Positions 1 to 8,772 of a stretch of DNA of 64,000 bases are shown here, in pieces. Origin of the DNA: an uncultured Rikenella sp. GTDB lineage: Bacteria; Bacteroidota; Bacteroidia; Bacteroidales; VadinHA17. How positions within the stretch are numbered: the stretch's first letter is position 1; each line of letters opens with the position of its first letter. A program made the position numbers and the translations under genes. The notes beneath the pieces are model-generated. The model made no database searches. It saw only the letters and a list, made by a program, of their open reading frames with translations, and had not been told where the DNA came from. Where the stretch lies: contig CAZHZC010000006.1 in NCBI GenBank assembly GCA_964537135.1, positions 6,669 to 70,668 of the forward strand, written 5' to 3'.

Positions 1-511
1 GCTCACACTCAACACCGTTGATAATCAGAAGGTCTACACTCTTGCCTGCCGGTACAGTCATCTTGATATGGGTGGGGAAGGTGGCTCCGCCAAGGCCCGT
101 CACGCCGCACTGACGGCAACGCTCGATGATCTCTTCACGGCTCAGGGTAATATCACTGACCACTGCAGGGCTGCGATCAATGCTCTCTTCCCACTCATCA
201 CCGTCAACATCAATTGTTATGGCTGTCTGCTTATACCCGGTAGCATCAATCGCAGTGTCAATCCTGCTCACCTTGCCTGATACCGGTGAATGGATATTGG
301 CAGAAACAAAACCCTTCGCCTCTGCAATAAGCTGACCTGTTTTGACAACACTACCCTTCTCAACCACCGGAACAGCCGGTGCACCTATATGTTGCCCTAC
401 CGGCACCGTTACCTGTGACGGGAGGGGAAGGGTGGTGATGGGCTTGTCAGCAGTGAGTTTGTTCTCAGGCGGATGGATACCGCCCTTTGGGAATGTCTTT
501 AATAGATTCAT
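1..511 (-). CDS. rnfC: Rnf electron-transport complex subunit RnfC, N-terminal part (gene runs off the window start)
   Basis: Minus-strand ATG at 511..509. My translation MNLLKTFPKGGIHPPENKLTADKPITTLPLPSQVTVPVGQHIGAPAVPVVEKGSVVKTGQLIAEAKGFVSANIHSPVSGKV...GLGGATFPTHIK matches the RnfC N-terminus. It lies 25 nt downstream of rnfB. It is absent from the ORF track because it is truncated by the window edge. Confidence 0.85.
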   Translation of the reverse strand, partial: MNLLKTFPKGGIHPPENKLTADKPITTLPLPSQVTVPVGQHIGAPAVPVVEKGSVVKTGQLIAEAKGFVSANIHSPVSGKVSRIDTAIDATGYKQTAITIDVDGDEWEESIDRSPAVVSDITLSREEIIERCRQCGVTGLGGATFPTHIKMTVPAGKSVDLLIINGVECE

Positions 512-535
512 CTGGCTCTTTCAGATTATATTAAG

Positions 536-1396
536 TCAGGTGCTTGTGGCCTCTGCCGCTTCAGCCTCTCTCTTGCGTACCGGAAAACCAATCTCAAGGA
601 TGGAGCCGGTAGGACAGACAGGCTCACACTTACGACATAGCTTACATTTGAATGAATCAATGAATGCCAGGTTGTTGATCATGGTTATTGCATCGTGCGG
701 ACACACCTTGACACACTTGCCGCACCCGATACATGCCACCTGGCAGGCTTTCCTGGCCGGCCCACCCTTATCTTTGTTGACACAGGAGACATAGATCTTG
801 AAATCTTTCCTGTTACGCTTGCGCAGCTCAATGATATTACGGGGGCACGCCTTTACACAGGCATTGCATGCAGTACAGTTGGCATCTATGATCACCGGCA
901 GCTCAGTAACCGGGTCCATATACATGGCATCAAACTGACAGGAGGCTACACAGTCGCCACACCCCAGACAGCCATACTGGCAGGCGGTGGGACCGCCATA
1001 GAGGGAGTGGGCTACCCGGCAGCTGACAGCACCATCATAAAATGAGGTGCGGAGAGCATTGGCAGGGGTACCGTTACAACGAACCACAGCCACCTTCGGA
1101 TCAACAGCCACAGCCTGACGACCCAGTATGGCAGCCGCCTGATCCATTACGGCTGCACCACCAACAGGGCAGTAGAGACCATCAAAGGAGGTTGATCGTA
1201 CCAGCGCCTCGGCAAAGGCACGACAACCGGTGAATCCGCAACCACCACAGTTGACACCAGGAAGAACATCGGTAACCGTATCTATACGGGGATCTTCAAC
1301 CACCCTGAACCGCTGTGCCACAAAGTAGAGAATGAGTGCTGCCAGAAGCCCCAGTGCACTCAGCATCGCTATGGTCAAAAGAATTGTGGTACTCAT
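536..1396 (-). CDS. rnfB: Rnf complex subunit RnfB (polyferredoxin-type Fe-S protein)
   Basis: 286 aa with an N-terminal TM helix, a CGGCGFxGC motif and several CxxCxxCxxxCP 4Fe-4S ferredoxin motifs. Sits between the RseC-like gene and rnfC. Confidence 0.9.
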   Translation of the reverse strand: MSTTILLTIAMLSALGLLAALILYFVAQRFRVVEDPRIDTVTDVLPGVNCGGCGFTGCRAFAEALVRSTSFDGLYCPVGGAAVMDQAAAILGRQAVAVDPKVAVVRCNGTPANALRTSFYDGAVSCRVAHSLYGGPTACQYGCLGCGDCVASCQFDAMYMDPVTELPVIIDANCTACNACVKACPRNIIELRKRNRKDFKIYVSCVNKDKGGPARKACQVACIGCGKCVKVCPHDAITMINNLAFIDSFKCKLCRKCEPVCPTGSILEIGFPVRKREAEAAEATST

Positions 1397-1399
1397 CTC

Positions 1400-1825
1400 T
1401 CAGACCTTTATTTTAAATTCAAACTTTTCACCTATCCTCTCTCTTAATCTCCAGATAAGCAGGTAGTAGAGAGTAGTAGCAGAAAATGAGACGAGGGCAG
1501 CTGTTAACTCTCCTGCACCTGCAACAAGGGAGATGGCAAGAACAGTAACCAGCACCAGAAAGGGGAGGATATAGCCTATCAGAAGAGCCTGGTAACCCTG
1601 TGACAGCTGCATCTCAACAGTGACATGGTCACCTGGCAAAAGAGTGGTATCACAACTGACCATGATCACCTTGCTCTCAGAACGGCCCGCAGAACATACT
1701 GACCGGGCATGACAGCCTGAACAGGCTCCTGATACCAGGATCTCAACCTCGGCAGTGCCGTTGCCGGAAACACTCAAGACCTTCCCCTCATGCGTTACTG
1801 TATCTCCTTTTGCCATTATTGTCAT
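1400..1825 (-). CDS. SoxR-reducing-system RseC/MucC family protein
   Basis: 141 aa with an N-terminal Cys-rich soluble part (CSGCHARSVCS) and two C-terminal TM helices. Ends 3 nt before the rnfB start, the usual position in Bacteroidota rnf operons. Confidence 0.75.
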   Translation of the reverse strand: MTIMAKGDTVTHEGKVLSVSGNGTAEVEILVSGACSGCHARSVCSAGRSESKVIMVSCDTTLLPGDHVTVEMQLSQGYQALLIGYILPFLVLVTVLAISLVAGAGELTAALVSFSATTLYYLLIWRLRERIGEKFEFKIKV

Positions 1826-2045
1826 CCATATAATTGGGGCAATTTTAACGATTTAAGAGGACTTTTCTCATAATAATGGTCATAATTTTCGACTCAACTG
1901 TTATTTGATTAACAGCTGCCTGATAATATGGTAGTTGGGTTGTGTAAGGGTTAACTGTGTGAAGCGGTGCCTGCCGGCCTGATCAGCTGGTCTGATCAGC
2001 CAGCATCGAAATGGCTGCTGGCTGCCGGTACCAGCCTGCCCTTTA

Positions 2046-2152
2046 CCTGGTATCTCAGCTGGCTCGCCTGGTATCTCTCCTGGCTCAACTGGCATTTTGG
2101 CTGGCATCTGATCTGGTGCTTCAGCTGGCATCTCAGCTGATATCTGACCAGG
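2046..2152. repeat. Degenerate tandem repeat (about 21-bp then 12-bp period, CTGGCATCTNNN-like) spanning the recG stop codon
   Basis: Read directly: cctggtatctcagctggctcg / cctggtatctctcctggctcaa / ctggcattttgg / ctggcatctgat / ctggtgcttcag / ctggcatctcag / ctgatatctgac. Confidence 0.8.
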
Positions 2153-4238
2153 AGTACTCTCTGCCAAATAATCTGTTCAATCCTGATTTGAGCAGTCTGT
2201 TTTCGGGGTGGGTCAGTTCAGGGTCATCAGCCAGCACCTCTGCAGCATATGAGCGGGCAATATTGAGTATCTGCCCATCTTTTCCCAGGTCAGCTATCTT
2301 CAGGTCAAAGGCCAGTCCGCTCTGCTGGGTCCCCTCAAGGTCACCGGGCCCCCTCATACGCAGATCAGCCTCAGCTATCTCAAACCCGTCATTGGTGGCT
2401 ATCATGGTGTCAATACGCGCGTTGGCATCAGCCGAGAGCCTATGTGAGGTCATCAGAATACAGTACGACTGATCGGCACCACGCCCCACCCTGCCACGCA
2501 GCTGATGCAGCTGTGACAGTCCGAACCGTTCAGCACTCTCAATCACCATTACACTGGCATTTGGAATGTCAACGCCCACCTCAATGACAGTGGTGGCTAC
2601 CATTATCTGTGCGTCACCCCGCCTAAACCTCCCCATAGCTATCTCCTTGTCCTTTGCACTCATCCGTCCGTGTACCACGCTGATATAGTACGCTGGTGGC
2701 GGAAAAGCCCTGCTGATACCCTCATAGCCATCTTCAAGGTCTTTGTAATCAAGTGATTCTGATTCGCTTATCAATGGAAAGACAACATATATCTGTCTGC
2801 CATCCTCTATCTGCCGTCGCATGAAACCAAACACCTTTTCACGCTCAGCATCAGTGAAAGTCATGGTTTTTATAGGCTTACGTCCCGGAGGAAGCTCATC
2901 AATTACCGAGACATCAAGATCACCGTAGAGGGTCATGGCCAGTGTACGCGGGATGGGGGTGGCTGTCATCACCAGAACATGGGGCGGGTGGCTGCTCTTT
3001 TGCCATAGCCTGGCACGCTGTGCCACCCCGAAACGGTGCTGCTCATCAATCACCACCAGGCCCAGATTGTTATACTGAACATTTTCTTCAATCAGTGCAT
3101 GTGTTCCTATCAGTATGTCAATAGTCCCGTCACGAAGCCCCTGGTCGGTTACCGTCCTCTCACTACGCTTGCTGGAGCCGGTAAGGAGAGAGACAGTGAC
3201 ACCTATACCGGTCACAAACCGGCTGACAGAGTTATAGTGCTGCATGGCCAGCACCTCGGTAGGAGCCATGAGGCAGCTCTGGTAACCGTTATCGGCAGCT
3301 ATCAGCATGCTCATCAGTGCAACCATCGTCTTGCCGCTGCCCACATCACCCTGCAACAGACGGTTCATCTGGCGGCCGCTGCCAAGATCAGCACGTATCT
3401 CACGTATAACCCTTTTCTGTGCACCGGTAAGCTCAAACGGAAGATTGTTGGCATAGAATGAGTTGAGCCGGTCACCTACCAGCGGAAAGAGGAAGCCGGG
3501 CGTGCTCTTTGACCTGATTCCCTTGTAACGCAACAGCTTAAGCTGAATAAAAAAAAGCTCCTCAAACTTGAGCCTGAACCGTGCCTTCTCAACCGACTGG
3601 TTACTGTCAGGGAAATGTATGGCATGAAGGGCATCAGCCAGTGACATAAGCTTTATGCCGGAGGTGATGCCCTGCGGCAGTGTCTCAGCAATATGTAGGG
3701 CAGGCATACCGAAGAGAGTGGATACCAGCCGGGCAATAGCCTTGGAATGAAGAAAATGATTCTTCATCTTTTCGGTGGTACCATATTGAGCTTCAAACGC
3801 TGAAGAGATTCGTGAGGTACGCTTCTCTACCTCCTCAATCTCAGGGTGAATAATATTGAAGGTGCCGCCGAAAAGAGTGGGCCTGCCATAAATAATATAC
3901 TCTTTGTCTGTCTTGTAGGTATTTGTTACCCACTTGTGGCCCCTGAACCAGACCAGCTTGACAATACCGCTATCATCGTAAAAATCTGCCGTCAGACGCC
4001 TCTTTCGTCCGGCACCATCAGTTGCAAAGCGGCTGATACGGCCCCTGAGCTGTACATACTGCATATCGGTGTCAAGCTCACTGACCCTGTAAATACGGGT
4101 CTTGTCAATATATTTGTAAGGGAAATAGTAGAGCAGATCCCTGAATGTAGAGATACCTGCCTCCTCTTTAAGCAGCTCAGCCCTCTTTGGACCCACACCG
4201 GGAAGGAATTTTATCTCACTGTCAAGTAGTTCTGGCAT
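2133..4238 (-). CDS. recG: ATP-dependent DNA helicase RecG
   Basis: 701 aa with an OB-fold wedge domain, then DEAD/DEAH helicase motifs (GDVGSGKT, DEQHRFG, TATPIPRT, QLHQLRGRVGRG). Confidence 0.95.
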   Translation of the reverse strand: MPELLDSEIKFLPGVGPKRAELLKEEAGISTFRDLLYYFPYKYIDKTRIYRVSELDTDMQYVQLRGRISRFATDGAGRKRRLTADFYDDSGIVKLVWFRGHKWVTNTYKTDKEYIIYGRPTLFGGTFNIIHPEIEEVEKRTSRISSAFEAQYGTTEKMKNHFLHSKAIARLVSTLFGMPALHIAETLPQGITSGIKLMSLADALHAIHFPDSNQSVEKARFRLKFEELFFIQLKLLRYKGIRSKSTPGFLFPLVGDRLNSFYANNLPFELTGAQKRVIREIRADLGSGRQMNRLLQGDVGSGKTMVALMSMLIAADNGYQSCLMAPTEVLAMQHYNSVSRFVTGIGVTVSLLTGSSKRSERTVTDQGLRDGTIDILIGTHALIEENVQYNNLGLVVIDEQHRFGVAQRARLWQKSSHPPHVLVMTATPIPRTLAMTLYGDLDVSVIDELPPGRKPIKTMTFTDAEREKVFGFMRRQIEDGRQIYVVFPLISESESLDYKDLEDGYEGISRAFPPPAYYISVVHGRMSAKDKEIAMGRFRRGDAQIMVATTVIEVGVDIPNASVMVIESAERFGLSQLHQLRGRVGRGADQSYCILMTSHRLSADANARIDTMIATNDGFEIAEADLRMRGPGDLEGTQQSGLAFDLKIADLGKDGQILNIARSYAAEVLADDPELTHPENRLLKSGLNRLFGREYSWSDIS

Positions 4239-4309
4239 CGGCAGATGGGAAAATGCGAATCATCGAAATTAATTAATTTTGACCGTGATTCAAATGCAGC
4301 CAGGCCATT

Positions 4310-5275
4310 ATGAACCCATTTTCGCTCTACAGCTATACCAGACACCTTGTAACTGCACGTGGCACTGAAGGCTACGGCATACACAGCCCATATATGTATC
4401 ACTTTATAACCAGGGTGCTGGGCGGACGGAGCAATGAAAGGGTGATGAAGGAAGTGCGCAGCCTGAGAAGGGAGATGCTCTCTGAAAGAGAAGAGGTGAC
4501 AGTAAGAGACCTTGGATACGGATCAGCCTGCATGCGGAAGCCTGAAAGAAGAGTAGCCACAATAGCCAGGGTGGCAGCACTGCCCGACAGAGAGGCGGGA
4601 ATCATAGCTGCCGTAGCTGAAAACCTTGACACGCTGCTGCGAATAGGAGAAGGAGCAGGAGCGGGGAGAGATGTGCGAGAAGGTGAAACCGATGCCGGAG
4701 GAGTAGGGGGAGCAGGAGCGGGGAGAGATGTGCGAGATGATGAAACCGATGCCGGGGGAGTAGAGGGAGCAGAGGGAGAGAGAGTAGGGGGAGGCCTAAA
4801 GGGTGTATATCAACAACAGCCGGTAATAGTTGAACTGGGCACCTCGCTGGGGATCAGTACGCTGGCACTGGCACTGGCAGCGCCGGCACGTGAGGTGATA
4901 ACGGTGGAAGGGTCACCCGCCCTGGCGGAGATCGCACAACAGAACCTGGCCAGGCATGGGGCAGTTAACGCAACAGTACTCTGCATGGAGTTTAGTGATG
5001 CTCTCAGCCACCTGGCACAGAGCGGTAAAAGGGTTGAACTGGCATTCATTGACGGAAATCACAGGGGGGAAGCCCTGATACAATATGTGAAGAGTATAAA
5101 GGAGCTGGGCGGCGAGATGATCATAATAGCTGATGATATACGCCTTAACAGGCAGATGAACGCAGCATGGAGAAGACTGGCAGCGGCAGAGAGTGTCTCA
5201 CTGGAGACATTCAGACTGGGTATGCTGTTTGCTGTTCAACGGCTCACCCCGCAACACTGCCTGGTACGTCGTTAA
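4310..5275 (+). CDS. Class I SAM-dependent (O-)methyltransferase with an internal tandem-repeat insertion
   Basis: 321 aa with motif I-like [17 protein letters not shown] and FIDGNH. A 57-bp in-frame repeat is inserted upstream of motif I. Confidence 0.7.
   Translation: MNPFSLYSYTRHLVTARGTEGYGIHSPYMYHFITRVLGGRSNERVMKEVRSLRREMLSEREEVTVRDLGYGSACMRKPERRVATIARVAALPDREAGIIAAVAENLDTLLRIGEGAGAGRDVREGETDAGGVGGAGAGRDVRDDETDAGGVEGAEGERVGGGLKGVYQQQPVIVELGTSLGISTLALALAAPAREVITVEGSPALAEIAQQNLARHGAVNATVLCMEFSDALSHLAQSGKRVELAFIDGNHRGEALIQYVKSIKELGGEMIIIADDIRLNRQMNAAWRRLAAAESVSLETFRLGMLFAVQRLTPQHCLVRR
4652..4790. repeat. 57-bp in-frame tandem repeat, about 2.3 copies (19-aa unit GAGAGRDVR[ED][GD]ETDAGGV[GE])
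   Basis: Units at 4652..4708 and 4709..4765, plus a partial third copy. Nearly identical when read directly. Confidence 0.9.
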
Positions 5276-5348
5276 CAAAAAAATAACAGAAGCTGACTGT
5301 GAATTATCGAGTTATTTAAGCTATTTTCGAAGCTTTAAATCTATCAGC

Positions 5349-6059
5349 ATGGAGAAGGTTATCGAAATTACAGATATCGTTAAAAATTACCAGGTGGGAA
5401 CGGTGATCGTGAGGGCTCTCCGCTCTGTCAGCGTTGACATCGGACAGAACGAGTATGTAGCTATCATGGGGCCCTCAGGATCAGGCAAGTCAACCCTGAT
5501 GAATATTCTCGGATGCCTTGACACGCCAACCCGCGGCCAATATATACTCAACGGTACAGATGTCAGTAAGATGGAGGATGACAGGCTTGCCGAGATCAGG
5601 AACAAGGAGATCGGGTTTGTCTTCCAAACCTTTAACCTGCTGCCACGTTATACCGCTCTCGAAAATGTGACACTGCCGCTTATCTATGCCGGGGTGCCCC
5701 GCAGTGAGAGAGAGGGGATGGCAGTGAAGACCCTTGATTTGGTGGGACTGGGTGACCGAATGACACACAAACCCAATGAACTCTCAGGCGGACAGCGGCA
5801 GAGGGTGGCAATAGCAAGAGCCCTGATAAACAACCCGTCGATAATCCTGGCTGATGAACCAACCGGTAATCTTGACAGTAAGACCTCACTCGACATAATG
5901 AAACTGCTTGACAAGATACATGCTGACGGCAACACCGTAATTGTAGTAACCCACGAAGAGGATATTGCAAGGCATGCCCACAGGATTATTAAACTGATGG
6001 ACGGTGAGGTGTCAGCTGACTATGTGAATGAAGACCGGAAAATAGCGGTTTCTCCCTGA
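5349..6059 (+). CDS. ABC transporter ATP-binding protein (MacB/LolD-like)
   Basis: Walker [10 protein letters not shown], signature [15 protein letters not shown], Walker [12 protein letters not shown]. Start moved to ATG 5349 ([14 protein letters not shown]), because the track ORF from 5193 overlaps the upstream gene and is non-homologous there. Confidence 0.9.
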   Translation: MEKVIEITDIVKNYQVGTVIVRALRSVSVDIGQNEYVAIMGPSGSGKSTLMNILGCLDTPTRGQYILNGTDVSKMEDDRLAEIRNKEIGFVFQTFNLLPRYTALENVTLPLIYAGVPRSEREGMAVKTLDLVGLGDRMTHKPNELSGGQRQRVAIARALINNPSIILADEPTGNLDSKTSLDIMKLLDKIHADGNTVIVVTHEEDIARHAHRIIKLMDGEVSADYVNEDRKIAVSP

Positions 6060-6084
6060 TCATTTCCTCTTCACTGCTTCACTT

Positions 6085-6636
6085 ATGAAGATCTATACCA
6101 GGGGCGGAGACAGTGGTGAGACGTCACTTATCGGTGGGGTGAGACTGCCTAAACACCATCCGCGTGTTGAGGCCTACGGCACAATCGATGAGCTGATAGC
6201 ATGGATCGGTATGCTGCGCTCAGCGCCTGACAGGCAGATACCTCATGATGAGCTGGCAGCCATACAGGCAGATCTGATGTCATGCAGTGCCATTATAGCA
6301 ACCCATCAGTCAGCCAGGGTGCCTGACAACATTACAATACCCGGTACCGACAGGCTCGAGAGCGCCATTGACCGTATGGAGGGTGAGCTGCCCCGGCTGA
6401 CCTCATTCATACTGCCCGGCGGTGAGAAGGCAGCAGCTACAGCTAACCTCGCACGTACTGTCTGCAGGAGAGCCGAACGGGCAGTAGCATACATCAGCGA
6501 AACCGAAAAAAGAGAGCCCGATATCTCAGCTTACCTCAACCGCCTCTCTGACTATCTCTTCGTCATCTCCAGATGGATTATGCATAATGCAGATATTGAA
6601 GAGGTTAAGTGGAATCCTGCCAGGCCGGCAAAATAA
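6085..6636 (+). CDS. PduO-type ATP:cob(I)alamin adenosyltransferase
   Basis: 183 aa. N-terminus MKIYTRGGDSGETSL...EAYGTIDEL is the PduO-type ATR signature. Confidence 0.9.
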   Translation: MKIYTRGGDSGETSLIGGVRLPKHHPRVEAYGTIDELIAWIGMLRSAPDRQIPHDELAAIQADLMSCSAIIATHQSARVPDNITIPGTDRLESAIDRMEGELPRLTSFILPGGEKAAATANLARTVCRRAERAVAYISETEKREPDISAYLNRLSDYLFVISRWIMHNADIEEVKWNPARPAK

Positions 6637-6680
6637 TCTGTTTATTCTTTGCGTTAATCCGTTTTTATCCTAAATAATTT

Positions 6681-6688
6681 TATATTTG
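6681..6688 (+). promoter_or_regulatory. Candidate Bacteroidota -7 promoter box (TAnnTTTG)
   Basis: tatatttg lies 37 nt upstream of ATG 6725. The motif is known from Bacteroides sigma-ABfr promoters. Confidence 0.3.
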
Positions 6689-6724
6689 CGGACTCAAAGG
6701 AGGGTAACAAATAATTTTCTTAAT

Positions 6725-6946
6725 ATGTACTGGACACTTGAATTAGCATCAAAACTTGAAGACGCGCCATGGCCTGCCACCAAAGACGAGCTCATTGATT
6801 ATGCGATTAGGTCAGGTGCCCCCATGGAGGTCATTGAAAACCTACAGGAGATTGAAGATGAGGGTGATATCTATGAGAGTATAGAAGATATCTGGCCTGA
6901 CTATCCTTCAAAGGATGACTTCTTCTTTAACGAAGACGAGTACTGA
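6725..6946 (+). CDS. DUF2795 domain protein
   Basis: 73 aa from ATG 6725. PWPATKDELIDYAIRSGAPMEVIENLQEI is the typical DUF2795 core. Acidic C-terminus. Confidence 0.7.
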   Translation: MYWTLELASKLEDAPWPATKDELIDYAIRSGAPMEVIENLQEIEDEGDIYESIEDIWPDYPSKDDFFFNEDEY

Positions 6947-6973
6947 CATTTTGCTGCTACAGGCTTAACGGGT

Positions 6974-7019
6974 GCCTGAGAGAGTCAATGATACGACTAT
7001 CTCAGGCATCTGCCTTTTT
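6974..7019 (+). terminator. Putative intrinsic terminator between convergent genes
   Basis: 8-bp stem gcctgaga (6974..6981) / tctcaggc (7000..7007), followed by ...gccttttta. Confidence 0.35.
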
Positions 7020-7024
7020 ATGGG

Positions 7025-8737
7025 TTACTGCTCCGCAGTTGGCTGTTCCTGTGCGCCAGCGGGTTTCTCCTGTGCGGCAGCCGGCAGCTTTTGCTCCGTA
7101 GTTGGCTGCTCCTGTGGGGCAGCCGGCAGCTTTTGCTCCGTAGTTGGCTGTTCCTGTGCGGCAGCCGGTTTCTCCTGTGCAGCATCCGGCAGCTCCGACT
7201 CATCGTCAGGCAAGGCAATTATCGGGGGGAAGAGTATACTGATACCCATGGAGAGCCGGTCAGGCCGTAGATCGGGGTGCCACCGGAATCCGTCGAGCCG
7301 CATCTCATTGTCAGGATTCTGCAGCGGAGGGTAGAGGGTTCCCTCCGGATCCTGCTGATCTATCTCGGCTATCCTGCCGTCATCAATTAAGATATCTATA
7401 GTGGCGCTTCGTGAGCGATTGACACTGACAAGCTCCTTATCGTCAACAACGTAGTATATCGCCTCACAGTTGCCGGTCACTTTGATGGTGTGCAGCTTAT
7501 TGTCTTCAAAAAAGCCGGTAAGGCTTTTGCCGCTGATCTGGTTATAGCGCTCAATATCAACCTCACTAACCACAAAGGCATGGTTATACATCTCCATATG
7601 GTCAGCCTGATTGTTGACGGTATAGATGGTTATGGAGTCAGCCGTCATCTGATTCTCTCGTGACCACAATACCGGGTCATCATAGAGCCTGATGACCGAG
7701 TCCTGAAATGAGTAGGAGAGAGAGTCACACCGCCCCTGCATCTCTGCACTGAACATGGTACACCGGTAATAGGCTTTCAGCAGCCTGTGAAATATGCCGG
7801 TACTGTCTTCAACAGGTATAGAGCGCAGGGTGTCGGCACGCAGGGTCAGTGTGTCATTACCGGTAAAGTTGGTAAACCAGGGGCTGCCGGTAAGCAGGAA
7901 ATGTTCGGGACGCTTGACATACCAGGCATAGCTGCCCCCAACAACAATATTGTCTGTAGTATCTGTGATGGTGACATTGCCAAACGCCTCACCCTGCTCA
8001 TTACCGGCATCATACCAGAGGGTGTCACCGGTGATGTGCTGCTTGCGGTTGTCAAGTACAGCGTTGTGCATCAGCTGCGAGATCTCATTACGGGTATCGC
8101 TCCAGCCCGCCTCACAGTAAAGGTATATGCTGTCACCCACCGCCTCGGTGGGGCCGTCAAACCATGCTATCTCACGGCTGGTATCATAACGCATGGTGTC
8201 AGCGGTCATCACATAGTCAGGGTTTACAATGGTGACACTATCACGAAAATGGAGCATCTTCATCTCTGAGTAATAGATGCCGACAATACTGGTAAGTGTG
8301 TTGTCACCACTCAGTATGCGGCCGCCATTCTCATATACCGCCACCTGGCTGTTGACATCATAGTCTACCCTGTCAGTATAAAGCTCCATATCATTGTCTG
8401 ACAGCATCACATTACGCGTCAGTACCGCCTTACGGCTGTCACCGTTGTAAACAAGGTGCTCACCCCTGATATGGATAGTATCTCCCTGGTGAATATGGAT
8501 ATTGCTGTAGGCCAGCACATGGTTGGTCTCATCATAGTACCATGCGCTGTCACACTCCATCACAAGATCATTATGCTTCAGTTGTACATTACCGTTGAGC
8601 CGGTTACGGCTTCCGCTCTCCAGACGTTCATACTTCATTGAGTCAGAGTGAAGTATCTCAATGCGACGACGTCCGGGCGACTCTTGGGCAGTCAGATCGG
8701 CCAGTAAGAAGGGGAGGAGCAGCAGACAGATACCCAT
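7025..8737 (-). CDS. OstA-like (LptD N-terminal domain family) periplasmic protein with a repetitive Q/E/P/A-rich C-terminal tail
   Basis: Beta-rich repetitive sequence typical of OstA-like proteins, encoded downstream of guaB and the PPIases in Bacteroidota. Start set at ATG 8737 (MGICLLLLPFLLADLTAQ signal peptide). The track ORF extends to 8806. Confidence 0.7.
   Translation of the reverse strand: MGICLLLLPFLLADLTAQESPGRRRIEILHSDSMKYERLESGSRNRLNGNVQLKHNDLVMECDSAWYYDETNHVLAYSNIHIHQGDTIHIRGEHLVYNGDSRKAVLTRNVMLSDNDMELYTDRVDYDVNSQVAVYENGGRILSGDNTLTSIVGIYYSEMKMLHFRDSVTIVNPDYVMTADTMRYDTSREIAWFDGPTEAVGDSIYLYCEAGWSDTRNEISQLMHNAVLDNRKQHITGDTLWYDAGNEQGEAFGNVTITDTTDNIVVGGSYAWYVKRPEHFLLTGSPWFTNFTGNDTLTLRADTLRSIPVEDSTGIFHRLLKAYYRCTMFSAEMQGRCDSLSYSFQDSVIRLYDDPVLWSRENQMTADSITIYTVNNQADHMEMYNHAFVVSEVDIERYNQISGKSLTGFFEDNKLHTIKVTGNCEAIYYVVDDKELVSVNRSRSATIDILIDDGRIAEIDQQDPEGTLYPPLQNPDNEMRLDGFRWHPDLRPDRLSMGISILFPPIIALPDDESELPDAAQEKPAAAQEQPTTEQKLPAAPQEQPTTEQKLPAAAQEKPAGAQEQPTAEQ
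7028..7190. repeat. 42-bp in-frame tandem repeat, about 3.5 copies, encoding (PAA[AP]QEQPTTEQKL)n at the C-terminus of the OstA-like protein
   Basis: Unit gcagccggcagcttttgctccgtagttggctgYtcctgtgSg read directly. Several reading frames are open across it. Confidence 0.85.
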
Positions 8738-8772
8738 TAAATGCCTGCTGCGAGGAGGAGAGGGTATAGTGC

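Noticed and set aside
1901-2167. 88-aa ORF encoding a PAEMP/GEIPG repeat peptide
   Set aside because: It is generated by the 12/21-bp tandem repeat downstream of recG, overlaps the recG stop and has no independent coding evidence.
5193-5348. Upstream extension of the ABC ATPase ORF
   Set aside because: It overlaps the methyltransferase 3' end and is non-homologous. The canonical ABC N-terminus begins at ATG 5349.
6972-7334. 120-aa plus-strand Cys/Ala/Gly-rich ORF, and the minus-strand ORF 7018..7218
   Set aside because: Both are alternative frames of the 42-bp repeat at the 3' end of the OstA-like gene. They are repeat artefacts.
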